Program-made: the position numbers and the translations under genes
Shown here: piece by piece, positions 1 through 9,692 of the stretch
Layout: every line of letters begins with the position of its first letter
Position numbering within the stretch: the first letter of the stretch is position 1
Notes under the pieces: model-generated
The model's input: only the letters and a program-made list of their open reading frames with translations
Databases searched by the model: none
What the model was told of the DNA's origin: nothing
DNA from: a virus
Reading direction: 5' to 3' (one strand)
Virus record (IMG/VR): IMGVR_UViG_3300029286_000024
Span: 18,013-82,012 of that record
DNA: 64,000 bases

Positions 1-156
1 GATAAACTGCAACATTTCCTAGATTCCGCAAATCCAAAAACACAAAGAGAAGAAATGTTATCCCAAGGAGAAAAGTGGAATCAAATCCATGACCAACTCT
101 ATGAAATCGAAAAAGAATTAGAGAATATGAAAAGCGGAAAAACAATTATTCTTTAG
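1..156 (+). CDS. 3' end of a hypothetical protein (runs off window)
   Basis: Open frame 1 (DKLQHFLDS...KTIIL) ending in TAG at 154-156; converges with 153..1160. Confidence 0.6.
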   Translation, partial: DKLQHFLDSANPKTQREEMLSQGEKWNQIHDQLYEIEKELENMKSGKTIIL

Positions 157-1160
157 ATACATCCACGACCACACTTCCATACGCTTTCTTCCAACCCTGC
201 CGGATTCTTCTGTTTTATCATCCTCAATGGCCCACCACATTTTTTGCAATGTAGTTTGGCTTTTTCTCTCATAGGATTTGCCGCTTCAGAAGTTTGTACC
301 CCATCCGTAGGTTGCAAAGGATCAGTCTCAGAAACCAAAATAATATTTTTGACCCTTCTCGAAGTTACAGGATGAACAGACTGGCTTCCCGTATAATAAG
401 GACATTCTTCCATATGATGCGCATTACTCCCGCATAATTCACACATTGGCTCTGCTACTGGTTCTACTTTCTTTGCTTTGCTACCCATCCATCCGTCAAT
501 AATCCGATTAACTGTTTGTTGTGTTTCTGCGTAATTTTCCACGTTTAAAGGAACATACTTCGTCTCCGCATACTGATCATTCATCGTTTCATTGTCGTAA
601 TACTTTTCAACGGCTATCATGTTAGATCGCTCCTCAAAATAAACCTGTATGTAAGCTTCCCCTATGGCACCATCATAAAAACTAATATCTACATGGCTCC
701 TACCCATACGACCTTCAGGAGAAAAAGTGTATTTCCCTTTACCCTTTAATGATTCTAAAACACGAATAAAAGGAGTTAACTGTTCTTCGCTAATGGCTTT
801 CTTTATGACGGAATGGTTCTTCCCGGTCAATTCTTGGAAACTTTTCTTTTGATTATTTAATAAAGTAGTATAATTCTTGGCTAAATATTCCTCACATCCC
901 GGACAGTTAATCCATACGTCAAATATTTCTTTGAGAGCTACTGTTTTTTCTTTCTTCTCTTTTTTCGTTTTTACATCATAAACTTGTTGCAAAAGAGAAT
1001 CAAAAGGAATGAGTAACCCCATCGCCTTTTCATCGTAAGGTAAAGTCATCGAAAAATCAGCTTCGGTTTTAGGTGGATGTATGATGTTCTTGATGTCCTT
1101 CATCCACCCAGCCTGCTTTCCCATCGCTTCCCATTGAGATTTATTAATGGTAATTTTCAT
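153..1160 (-). CDS. Hypothetical protein with KSQWEAMGKQAGW leader and C-terminal Cys/His zinc-binding motifs
   Basis: 335 aa; CxxC/HxxxxC motifs; leader shared with 2213..2608 and 9070..9276. Confidence 0.8.
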   Translation of the reverse strand: MKITINKSQWEAMGKQAGWMKDIKNIIHPPKTEADFSMTLPYDEKAMGLLIPFDSLLQQVYDVKTKKEKKEKTVALKEIFDVWINCPGCEEYLAKNYTTLLNNQKKSFQELTGKNHSVIKKAISEEQLTPFIRVLESLKGKGKYTFSPEGRMGRSHVDISFYDGAIGEAYIQVYFEERSNMIAVEKYYDNETMNDQYAETKYVPLNVENYAETQQTVNRIIDGWMGSKAKKVEPVAEPMCELCGSNAHHMEECPYYTGSQSVHPVTSRRVKNIILVSETDPLQPTDGVQTSEAANPMREKAKLHCKKCGGPLRMIKQKNPAGLEESVWKCGRGCI

Positions 1161-1161
1161 T

Positions 1162-2205
1162 TTAAGGAGTTACCGGCAAACCACCTTCTATTTTTAATGT
1201 GCCGTCACCAAGGGCTTGAGTAATTAACCAAACAATGTCTTCCCCCTCAACACAACTGTTTTTATAACAAGAAATACGTCCTGCCCGTGACCCCTTTCGA
1301 AGTTGTATCCTTCCTACTTCTATTCCATTAACTTTTACGACTTTATGCATCCACCAATAAGGAGCACCAAAAGAACCACCACGTTGCCATTCCCCATTTA
1401 TAAATTCAGCCTTCCTAGCTAATTCTTCAGCTTTCCCACGGTTACTAGATTGAGCCGTTTCGTTTTTCATGGTATCTAAAGCGTTTTGAAAAGCACTGGG
1501 CTCATTACTCATCAGATAAAATGGATGCCCGTTAGGTCTCTTAAATTCAATAACCCCAGAAGGTTGAATGTTGATCTTGTATCCAGTCTCATCCGCTACT
1601 TTTTGTACCTCAGAAGGAATAACCACATTAGCTTTCTTCACCAATTTAATACTTTTTACATTACCAATTAAACTGCTCGTATCCCTAGGATTTCTGGGAT
1701 TAATCTCCGTCTGTCCCATCGTCGGAGGAGGTTGTGGCAAAGCAGGTTGACTCTTCGGTAACGCTTCTTGAGGACGAACAAAATTATCCTTGGGTTGATT
1801 AACTGATTTCGCAGCATTTAACCTGTCAAAATATCCCATACTCCGTAATTCTTCTTTTGCCGGTTCATCCCAATTTGCAGGAGAATTGTTTTCAATGTTA
1901 TAAGCATAATCCACTGCCTCTTCATTATCTTCGGGAAACTTAATCGCTAATTCATAATAAGTTCCAAAATCATGAGGATTCGATTTCTTGACAAATGAAA
2001 CTACCCCTTGTAAATTTTCTGGAATAGGAAACATTCTCTGTAATTGATGCATGTAAGCCTTGATCTCCATAATCGCTAAATCATAGTAATCTTCCGTGCC
2101 TACTTGTGCACAGGATTCATCGTTTGGAGTCGATCCAATCTCTAACTTTTCATAGCGAGAAAGCATTTGCCCCACTTTAAGTAATTTGATATTGATAATC
2201 TTCAT
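1162..2205 (-). CDS. Hypothetical multi-domain phage protein
   Basis: 347 aa, AGGAG RBS, Pro/Gln-rich linker. Confidence 0.8.
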   Translation of the reverse strand: MKIINIKLLKVGQMLSRYEKLEIGSTPNDESCAQVGTEDYYDLAIMEIKAYMHQLQRMFPIPENLQGVVSFVKKSNPHDFGTYYELAIKFPEDNEEAVDYAYNIENNSPANWDEPAKEELRSMGYFDRLNAAKSVNQPKDNFVRPQEALPKSQPALPQPPPTMGQTEINPRNPRDTSSLIGNVKSIKLVKKANVVIPSEVQKVADETGYKINIQPSGVIEFKRPNGHPFYLMSNEPSAFQNALDTMKNETAQSSNRGKAEELARKAEFINGEWQRGGSFGAPYWWMHKVVKVNGIEVGRIQLRKGSRAGRISCYKNSCVEGEDIVWLITQALGDGTLKIEGGLPVTP

Positions 2206-2212
2206 AAACTCC

Positions 2213-2608
2213 TTATTTCTTTGCGAAAGATAATATCCATGTTAATTGATCATCCATGTTCTCTATTGCTTCCACAGCCGTTGCCCCCTCACACATCGTC
2301 AACATTTCATTCGTATCTGCTTTAAAAATATTTAAAGTAAAAAATCCCTCATTCGATCCTTCAAAAACACGAATCATTAACCCCGATACTAAAGCCTTAC
2401 TGCCCGTTTTAGTATCCATCAAAATATGATCCACCACAATTTTTCCAGCATTATCAACGGAAATTATCTTGTCATTATTTTTCCGCAATACCTCTGCAAT
2501 TTGACGAGTGTAATCTTCATTCAACATCCAATCCTCACCCGCAGTCTTTATCCATCCCGCCTGCTTTCCCATTGCTTCCCATTGAGATTTGTTAATGGTT
2601 ATTTTCAT
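2213..2608 (-). CDS. Hypothetical protein with KSQWEAMGKQAGW leader
   Basis: Start moved to MKITINK (AAGGAG RBS upstream). Confidence 0.8.
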   Translation of the reverse strand: MKITINKSQWEAMGKQAGWIKTAGEDWMLNEDYTRQIAEVLRKNNDKIISVDNAGKIVVDHILMDTKTGSKALVSGLMIRVFEGSNEGFFTLNIFKADTNEMLTMCEGATAVEAIENMDDQLTWILSFAKK

Positions 2609-2739
2609 CTTCTCCTTTTTATCTTCTATGGTCATTTAATTTTTGCCTTATTTGTTTACTATGCCCTCACTTATATCTATTTATTATTTATTATTCATTT
2701 TTATTTCCCGTTTCCCTTTTTCTTTCGTATAATGTTAAC

Positions 2740-3249
2740 ATGCATCACTTAACCCTGAAACAGATTCAACGATTTCTTAAAAAAATCAACTACCACCAAT
2801 CCATCAAAATTCATTACCTTAAAGAATCTAAAAAAAACAAAAAGAAAATTAACTGGCTCTGCGCACAAGCTGCCTTCTCACGCTACTTGGAAAAAAATTC
2901 AAAAAATATTATGATCGCTTCCCAAATCGAAATCTCTAAACAATGGAAAAAAAGACTCTCCAATAACCAATTTAAAGCCGTTCTGTTACATGAAATAGGC
3001 CACCTCTATACTGGCTTCATAATCAAAAAAAACCAAATCATAGAAAAATCTAAATCCTTATGCGAATTTGAAGCACAAAACTGGGCTCTTAAACGCTCCC
3101 AACAACTCCACTTTAAAAATATCCGTAGAGAAATTTTAACCCTCTATTACGAATGGTCACAGTTTAATTGGAAATCCCCAGAAAGAATCTATCTCAAAGC
3201 TTATAAAATGGCTGTCAAAAAAGGCATCCTAAAGAAAATTCTCCAATAG
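2740..3249 (+). CDS. HExxH zincin-like metallopeptidase (ImmA/IrrE-like)
   Basis: LLHEIGH plus downstream EFEAQNWA (ExxA) motif. Confidence 0.6.
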   Translation: MHHLTLKQIQRFLKKINYHQSIKIHYLKESKKNKKKINWLCAQAAFSRYLEKNSKNIMIASQIEISKQWKKRLSNNQFKAVLLHEIGHLYTGFIIKKNQIIEKSKSLCEFEAQNWALKRSQQLHFKNIRREILTLYYEWSQFNWKSPERIYLKAYKMAVKKGILKKILQ

Positions 3250-3273
3250 GAATTTAAACCCCTAATTGCGAAT
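3248..3273 (+). promoter_or_regulatory. SigmaH-like promoter AGGA-N18-GAAT for the MKIY operon
   Basis: AGGAATT...GCGAAT just before the GTG start at 3282; same motif recurs at about 7 other sites. Confidence 0.55.
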
Positions 3274-3281
3274 TACTATAT

Positions 3282-4889
3282 GTGAAGATTTATAGAATAG
3301 CCGTAATTATAAAACAAGACCCCAAACTATTAGAGGCGGCACGTCTTGTCGTTGAAGAAAATAAAATGATTGGAGAAATGGCTGAATCATTTCATTTAAA
3401 TCCACAAGACCTCTCCGATGCAGTAGCCGATCTTAGAAAAACCAAATCCCTGCCTGTTAATTTAATTGTAGAACTTTATGAAAAATATGGCCGTATTAAA
3501 GCTGTCGAAAAGAACTTGCGAAAATATAACCTTAATATTTCAGAAGATGATATAGTATGGGTCATCAGAAGAAATGTCCCCACCGCAAAACTGAATGCAA
3601 CTAAAAGCGAAATTGAAAAAATATTGTCCCTGAAAGATCAAGGTAAAACCGGACAACAAATATCCAGTAAAGTGTGGATATCTGAACAGGGTGTCTATTC
3701 CCTTATTAGAAAACTAAGACCAGAAACCGTAAATAGCCGAACAGTAGACAATAAACTTGCCCAAACTATTTTAAATTCCTACATCGACCTAACTACTAAT
3801 CATAATAAAACCTTCCAAGAAGCCGTAAATGAGATATCTTTTAATTTAGGCATTGATATCAAAAAAGTAACAAATGCCCTATATGTACGGGGAATTAAAG
3901 CTGGACGAGAACCGGGCAAAGACTTTACCACAGAAGAAAAAGAAGCTATCCTTAATGAACTGAAAAACGGTAAAAGTTTTCTCGAAGTGTCTAAGCAATT
4001 TGAAAGATCTCAAAGCGCAATAAGACACATGGTTGAAAGAGAATATCCCACCCTCTATCAAAGATTTAAAAAAATACAATACGGCGTAGATAATATCCCC
4101 ATCGATATTAGAAACTTTGTCGTTTACCTAGCCAAACAAAATAAAAGCGCAAAAGAAATACAAGAAGCTCTCAAAAATAGCACCTTCAATGCCAACCTCA
4201 CTACTGGCATGATATATAAAATAGAGAAAAGATGGCTCAATAGATCCCTTGTGCAGTTTGTGGTGGACGAAATTACAGAAGCAAAATCTAATGACCTCAT
4301 CCTAAAAGATTATGCCCAAGAATATAATGATACCACTACCCTTACTCCATCTATCATCAATAGAATAAGAACCCAATACTTCCCCAATGATACCGCCACT
4401 ATTAATACTCAACCTACTCAACCCACTCAACCTATCAATGACTGGACAAATCCTAACTGGGTAGATCCTAAAAAGAAAAATAATCCACCCACCACTCTAG
4501 GCCTGTTTACACCAGAACAACTTAATGAGATGAAGAAAAATAAAGTTGCCTCTTTCAATTGGTATCAATTATATAAATTAGCTAAAGATTATAACGACTA
4601 CCTAGATATCGGACACCCACTCAGTAATGAATTTTATGGTAAAATTGCTCTCTGGGCATTTATAGACGGCAAATTACAAGTCCACGTAACCGTATCACCA
4701 GATGATAACCATGAAGAACTATGGGGAAATTACTTGGAAGATAATAACTATTTCGGAAGATTTGAATATAAATCAAAAATAGCCAGCATCGCAATACCCA
4801 GTAACCACCAAGGAAAACCTGTGCCTAATATCATCACAAGAGCCCTGTATGATAAATTCGGACATAATATAAAAATAATGGAGTTCTAA
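3282..4889 (+). CDS. Multi helix-turn-helix protein with MKIY tag and separate C-terminal domain
   Basis: 535 aa; repeated HTH-like segments (GKTGQQISSKVWISEQGVY, GKSFLEVSKQFERSQSAI). Confidence 0.7.
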   Translation: MKIYRIAVIIKQDPKLLEAARLVVEENKMIGEMAESFHLNPQDLSDAVADLRKTKSLPVNLIVELYEKYGRIKAVEKNLRKYNLNISEDDIVWVIRRNVPTAKLNATKSEIEKILSLKDQGKTGQQISSKVWISEQGVYSLIRKLRPETVNSRTVDNKLAQTILNSYIDLTTNHNKTFQEAVNEISFNLGIDIKKVTNALYVRGIKAGREPGKDFTTEEKEAILNELKNGKSFLEVSKQFERSQSAIRHMVEREYPTLYQRFKKIQYGVDNIPIDIRNFVVYLAKQNKSAKEIQEALKNSTFNANLTTGMIYKIEKRWLNRSLVQFVVDEITEAKSNDLILKDYAQEYNDTTTLTPSIINRIRTQYFPNDTATINTQPTQPTQPINDWTNPNWVDPKKKNNPPTTLGLFTPEQLNEMKKNKVASFNWYQLYKLAKDYNDYLDIGHPLSNEFYGKIALWAFIDGKLQVHVTVSPDDNHEELWGNYLEDNNYFGRFEYKSKIASIAIPSNHQGKPVPNIITRALYDKFGHNIKIMEF

Positions 4890-6274
4890 TGAAAATCTAC
4901 CACCTAGCACAAATCAAAGGCCTCAATATCCATAAAGATAAATCCCAATCTAAAAAAGAACATAAACAACAACATAGAGATCTTAAAAATTATGTCAAAA
5001 TTATCCCCGGCCTCGTTGAAAAAATCTACCAAAATGGAAAAATTATCTATGAACAACTCAAAACCCAAATCCCCGGAAGAAATACCGACTCCATCCTCAG
5101 ACAAAGACGTAAACAATGGATGCTCAGAACTAACGAAATAGAAGGATTACAAGAATTCTATTCCTATGTCGCCGGAGAAGATAATAAAACAAAAGTTCTA
5201 AGACTCATCTGCGATATGGTCAGCGATCAAATCCTGCTCAGAGAGGGTAAAAAAAGACTCGTCAACTGGGCCACTAATTTCTTCAAAAATACAGAAACCG
5301 AAGAAAAACAAGCCGATTTCCAAGATTCAGGCTATGACCAATCCCTCCTCGACCTCCTCCCACCACAAGTCTATTTCGACCTAGGACCCAATAGAGAATT
5401 ACTCACCATTAAAGAAAGCTTCGGTAGAGAACAGAAAAACTGGGAAATTATGTCCAAAAAAATAGCCTATATCGCCCAACACTTCAATGCCATGGTCCAT
5501 GATATCAAAAATGACCTCAACTCAGGCGACGAAACTACTAAATTACTCGCACTGATGATGGCTATTACTATCGAAACCGGACTCAGACCCGGTGCCGTAG
5601 GAAATGCCGCCAATGTCATCGACCCCATTACTAAAGAAAAAATAGAAATCGATACCTTCGGAGTCACTACCCTCCAAGTCCAACATGTCAAAATTATCAG
5701 AGATGGCTTCGCTGAACTCCAATTCCCCGGTAAAAAAGGAACCGAACAAATTGCCCACCTAACCGATTCCGATATCGTCAACGCCCTACAACAAATTCTC
5801 TCCACCACTTCCCTTCAAGGAGATACTACCATGCTCTTTGTCACTAAATCCGGCCTCCATGTCGATGATACCTTAATGCGTAACTATGTCCAAAATAAAT
5901 GGAGAGATATTTCCCCTACCGATTTTAGAAAATTCGTCGCTACTAAAAACTTCTATAACTATGTCAAACAAGCTACCCTTACCTTTCGATCTACCCTCCT
6001 CGAAGAATTAACCAAAGATCAGGAAATCGTAAAAGAAACCATCGTCAATGGCATTATTAAAATTATCTCCGACGCTATAGAATCTACTAAACAAATCCTC
6101 AGCCATAAAGAAGGCCACGATGCTTGGCAATCCTATGTCTCACCTAAAATTATCCTCGCCTACCTCTCCAATGGCGGATTAGATGATACTCTGGAAGATA
6201 TCTTAATCGATAATAAAAATGTCCGATTCAGTTTCGATTTCAAGGACTTTATAAAATTTGCGGATACCTTATGA
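4889..6274 (+). CDS. DNA topoisomerase IB-like protein
   Basis: Catalytic pentad motifs TGLRPG (R), FPGKKG (K), DFRK (R), LSHK (H), QSYVSP (Y); TFGVTTL motif. Confidence 0.8.
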   Translation: MKIYHLAQIKGLNIHKDKSQSKKEHKQQHRDLKNYVKIIPGLVEKIYQNGKIIYEQLKTQIPGRNTDSILRQRRKQWMLRTNEIEGLQEFYSYVAGEDNKTKVLRLICDMVSDQILLREGKKRLVNWATNFFKNTETEEKQADFQDSGYDQSLLDLLPPQVYFDLGPNRELLTIKESFGREQKNWEIMSKKIAYIAQHFNAMVHDIKNDLNSGDETTKLLALMMAITIETGLRPGAVGNAANVIDPITKEKIEIDTFGVTTLQVQHVKIIRDGFAELQFPGKKGTEQIAHLTDSDIVNALQQILSTTSLQGDTTMLFVTKSGLHVDDTLMRNYVQNKWRDISPTDFRKFVATKNFYNYVKQATLTFRSTLLEELTKDQEIVKETIVNGIIKIISDAIESTKQILSHKEGHDAWQSYVSPKIILAYLSNGGLDDTLEDILIDNKNVRFSFDFKDFIKFADTL

Positions 6275-6435
6275 AAATTTACAGAATAAATAAAAATATC
6301 AAGAAAGCAGAATTACCGCAACCGACTAACCCCACTAACCCTACTAACCCTACCTATACCGTTAGATCTATGCTCCAAGATCTCTCAAAATGGGATGAGT
6401 TTTTGAAAAATATCAATACTAATGAAAATATATAG
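6271..6435 (+). CDS. 54-aa protein with MKIY tag (not in ORF track)
   Basis: MKIYRINKNIKKAELPQPTNPTNPTNPT...; ATGA overlap with the topoisomerase stop. Confidence 0.65.
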   Translation: MKIYRINKNIKKAELPQPTNPTNPTNPTYTVRSMLQDLSKWDEFLKNINTNENI

Positions 6436-7024
6436 ATTATCACAAAATACTACCTCTAATCAATTTAAAGAATGGTTCGGAGATTGGACAAACGAAGATG
6501 CCTATTCGTCTAAAAACCCAAAACCCATACCCTCTATGGCAATCAACGAAGATCAAACACCCAAAGTTATGTATCATGGAACTTCAAAAGATTTTAACGA
6601 TTTTGAAGTAGGGAAAGAAGGTTATAATAGCAATGTTTTTGGGTCATGGAAAACTACCCGTAATGCAATATTCTTTACCCCCAATCCAAATGATGCCAAT
6701 ACCTTTACGTCTAGCGGAGGAAATACTACTGGCGGAAATATTAAACCCGTATACCTGAATGTCCGCTCACCCCTCGATTTTCGTAACGGAGTGGATAACC
6801 TTACACTTGATGAATTTGAAAAAGAAGGCATAAATCCAAAATGGCTTATCAATTTTACATGGGAACACTTAGATGACGAAGATGGAAAACTTTTTGTTGA
6901 TGCCGCACGTCGCTTAGGATATGATGGAATTATCTTTACCGATGAGAATCCCGAAACAAGAGAAAATATGGAAACGTGGGCAGTATTTAATCCATCCCAA
7001 ATACGCTCTGTTTATCAAAAATGA
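6422..7024 (+). CDS. ADP-ribosyltransferase-like (ART-PolyVal-type) domain protein
   Basis: YHGT...IFFT...PVYL...GYDGII...AVFNPSQIRS signature. Confidence 0.7.
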   Translation: MKIYRLSQNTTSNQFKEWFGDWTNEDAYSSKNPKPIPSMAINEDQTPKVMYHGTSKDFNDFEVGKEGYNSNVFGSWKTTRNAIFFTPNPNDANTFTSSGGNTTGGNIKPVYLNVRSPLDFRNGVDNLTLDEFEKEGINPKWLINFTWEHLDDEDGKLFVDAARRLGYDGIIFTDENPETRENMETWAVFNPSQIRSVYQK

Positions 7025-7560
7025 AAATATATAGACTATCACAAGAAATATTCCGTGGCGACTCCTCCCCCATCCATATCAATGACTATAACCCCGAATA
7101 TGGCGTCAAAGAACTCGGAAAAGAATTAGGCTCCGCAGCAGCTTGGGGTCCCGGTATCTATTTCGTCACACAAAAAGATATCGCCCAGATGTACGGCCCC
7201 CATATTACTAAAAAATTTCTCAGTAATGCACATATCCTCACAAAACAAAACCCCAAATTTAATTCACAACAAATAAACAATATGCTCCAAAACATCGATA
7301 AAGAAAAAATGGAAATAGCCATATCTAACTGGAACGAAAATTATAACCTAGGAAAAAAAATATTAATACAATCCATAGTCAATGCCGATAACCCACTAGA
7401 TCAATTAATGAATATATGGTCAGAAGTCTTCCTACACCAAAATGCCAATGCCTTTATTGAACTTATGATTAAAAACGGGATCGATGGAATCTCTATAACC
7501 AAAGATGACGCTACCTATTATGTCATCTATAATAAAGAAATACTAAATGAAAATATATAG
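7021..7560 (+). CDS. ADP-ribosyltransferase-like domain protein
   Basis: FRG...GPGIYF...A.MYG...GIDGI...YVIYN signature. Confidence 0.6.
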   Translation: MKIYRLSQEIFRGDSSPIHINDYNPEYGVKELGKELGSAAAWGPGIYFVTQKDIAQMYGPHITKKFLSNAHILTKQNPKFNSQQINNMLQNIDKEKMEIAISNWNENYNLGKKILIQSIVNADNPLDQLMNIWSEVFLHQNANAFIELMIKNGIDGISITKDDATYYVIYNKEILNENI

Positions 7561-8167
7561 ACTATCTACCACTACCTTTACCCCGCAATTTACCCCTGCA
7601 AAAAATACCGCCCAAGATCTAGCCCTGTCTAACCCACAAGAAGCTATGAACGCTAAAGGCTTTAATGTCAGAAAAATGCTCGCTAACCGCATCCTTAATA
7701 AAACTAATGCCGGAAATCTCTCCAATCCCAATTACCAACAAATAGTCGATTTCTACTGCCAAAGAGAAAACTTGCCACCACTCCAAATTACATGGTTCGG
7801 CAATATCAAAGATCCCAAAATATCAGGACAATCTATCGTGGGACAATTTGGCATCTATACCGATAAATCCCCCTTCCTTAAGCTGAATAAAGCCTTCCTC
7901 GATATGCCACAAACTATGATCCTTACCATACGCCATGAAATAGAACATGCCATAGATACCCTGAAACATAATTACCGCACTACCCCTTCCAACCAACACC
8001 ATAAAAATTACTCACGCTTCGATAGACAATATGCCCATAAAGAAATACTCCAAGATGCTATCGAAAACCAAAAACCCGTATCTGCCCTAGCTATAGAACA
8101 TTTTAATATCCCCATCCCCGAAAATTATACCCGAAATGGAGATTATTATGTCCCAATACCACAATAG
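7547..8167 (+). CDS. HExxH metallopeptidase-like protein with MKIY tag
   Basis: TIRHEIEHAID motif. Confidence 0.6.
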   Translation: MKIYRLSTTTFTPQFTPAKNTAQDLALSNPQEAMNAKGFNVRKMLANRILNKTNAGNLSNPNYQQIVDFYCQRENLPPLQITWFGNIKDPKISGQSIVGQFGIYTDKSPFLKLNKAFLDMPQTMILTIRHEIEHAIDTLKHNYRTTPSNQHHKNYSRFDRQYAHKEILQDAIENQKPVSALAIEHFNIPIPENYTRNGDYYVPIPQ

Positions 8168-8196
8168 CTCTATTTAATGCTGTAATTAATGCACAA

Positions 8197-8907
8197 TCAA
8201 TTAGAATGCCTTAACCTAGGAATAATCCATTTAGCTTCTTTATACCAATTATTTGATTTTGCTGCTATTCCTTTACCTTTTAATTGATTTAAGGTCTCTT
8301 TCCCACCTTCTATGAATAAAGCCGCTAAATCCCCACGCTGATGAACAACATTAAGCATGGCATCAACCCAAAATAATTGCTGCTCTGGAGTTTGCGATCT
8401 CATAAGATTTGAAGCAAATTCTTCCAACTTAGGCAACCCGTAATCACTTATAGGAGTCCCATACGGAGTTTCAAGATAAGACCAATTAAAATCATTCGAA
8501 CGATCTTTAGAAGTCGGTATCTTATATCCCGTAATATCCTCTATATCTGACCATCCACCTTGACTATGACCCGATAAATCATTCGATGCCCTTAATCTAG
8601 CCAGTAACTCTATCATTTTATCCGCTATTTCTTGCATCCCTTTATAATCATGTACCACCCCATTCCTACTATAATCATTCCATATCTTGATTAATCTGGC
8701 CTTGGGAATTACTGTCCACTTCATCATGGTGTTCTTTTTACGCTTCTTATCATAAAAATCTCCAAGAATATCCCGCTTCTGCTCATCGGTTAAATTAAAT
8801 AAGTTCTCTATCTTTTCTTCATAGAGACGAGATTCAGGATCAATAAGATCTTTTTCCATGTCAATAGAATTTTCCAACGATTCATTTGATAATCGATATA
8901 TCTTCAT
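8197..8907 (-). CDS. Hypothetical protein with MKIY tag and C-terminal NWYKEA motif
   Basis: 236 aa ORF. Confidence 0.75.
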   Translation of the reverse strand: MKIYRLSNESLENSIDMEKDLIDPESRLYEEKIENLFNLTDEQKRDILGDFYDKKRKKNTMMKWTVIPKARLIKIWNDYSRNGVVHDYKGMQEIADKMIELLARLRASNDLSGHSQGGWSDIEDITGYKIPTSKDRSNDFNWSYLETPYGTPISDYGLPKLEEFASNLMRSQTPEQQLFWVDAMLNVVHQRGDLAALFIEGGKETLNQLKGKGIAAKSNNWYKEAKWIIPRLRHSN

Positions 8908-9069
8908 AAGAATTATTTCTATAAATATTTGTAATATCTTGCAACGAAAAATTTATAAGAAAAAAATTTCCCGGTGTATTTTTTTCCCGGTGTATTTTTT
9001 TTTATGGGAGTACCTATTTTTTATAAGAAAAATTATGGAAACATCGAAGGTATATTGAGGAACGACAGA

Positions 9070-9276
9070 TTATGTTTTTGAGGGTGTTCCCCATCTTCCA
9101 CCATTTTTCCTGAGTACAAATTCTGCCCAAAGAGATAAAAATTGAGGTTGTTCAGAAATAAATTCTTTCATCCATTCTCTTTTTTCACTCATTAATTCTA
9201 ATTGGGTGTCTAAAACACTCCATCCTGCTTTTTTGCCCATTTCTTCCCACTGGCTTTTGTTTAACTTAATTTTCAT
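9070..9276 (-). CDS. Small protein with KSQWEEMGKKAGW leader
   Basis: GGAGG RBS; sigmaH-like promoter at 9330-9305. Confidence 0.75.
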   Translation of the reverse strand: MKIKLNKSQWEEMGKKAGWSVLDTQLELMSEKREWMKEFISEQPQFLSLWAEFVLRKNGGRWGTPSKT

Positions 9277-9597
9277 TTTATATCCTCCGATTGTTTTCTT
9301 AGTATTTCATAAAAACAAATTTGTAATCCTTCTCGAAAGTATTTGTAATTTAAAAAATTTCCGTGTGTTTTTTTTATGGGAGTCCCTTATTTTTTATAAG
9401 AAAAAAATTATAGGCTAAAGCAAAAGTAGCCGGGCCGTGATCTAGGGAACCCCCATGATTTAAAAACGGTGAATAAATCGAAGGGGTCTTTACGTATGCC
9501 TTTCCCAAAAAAATGCCCATGTCAAGCTTATAATGTAAATAAATATTTATTTTTCAACGCAAGAAAATCTCCACGCTAAAACATATCCATATAGGGC

Positions 9598-9626
9598 TTG
9601 ACATTCAGTGGGGTATATGATATGCT
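9598..9626 (+). promoter_or_regulatory. Sigma70-type promoter facing into the array
   Basis: TTGACA-N17(…TGA)-TATGCT. Confidence 0.65.
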
Positions 9627-9652
9627 TCCCCATGTTCTACCCCATGATCACA

Positions 9653-9692
9653 AACGAAGAGAGGGTTGCGTTCCCCTCTCTTCCCTTTCGTT
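9653..9692. terminator. Hairpin/terminator at the downstream end of the array
   Basis: gaagagaggg-ttgcgttc-ccctctcttc inverted repeat. Confidence 0.55.

Noticed and set aside
4889-6274. Integrase that mobilises the cassettes
   Set aside because: Motifs (FPGKKG, DFRK, TFGVTTL) fit TopIB rather than the HxLR tyrosine-recombinase signature; nothing links it to the repeats
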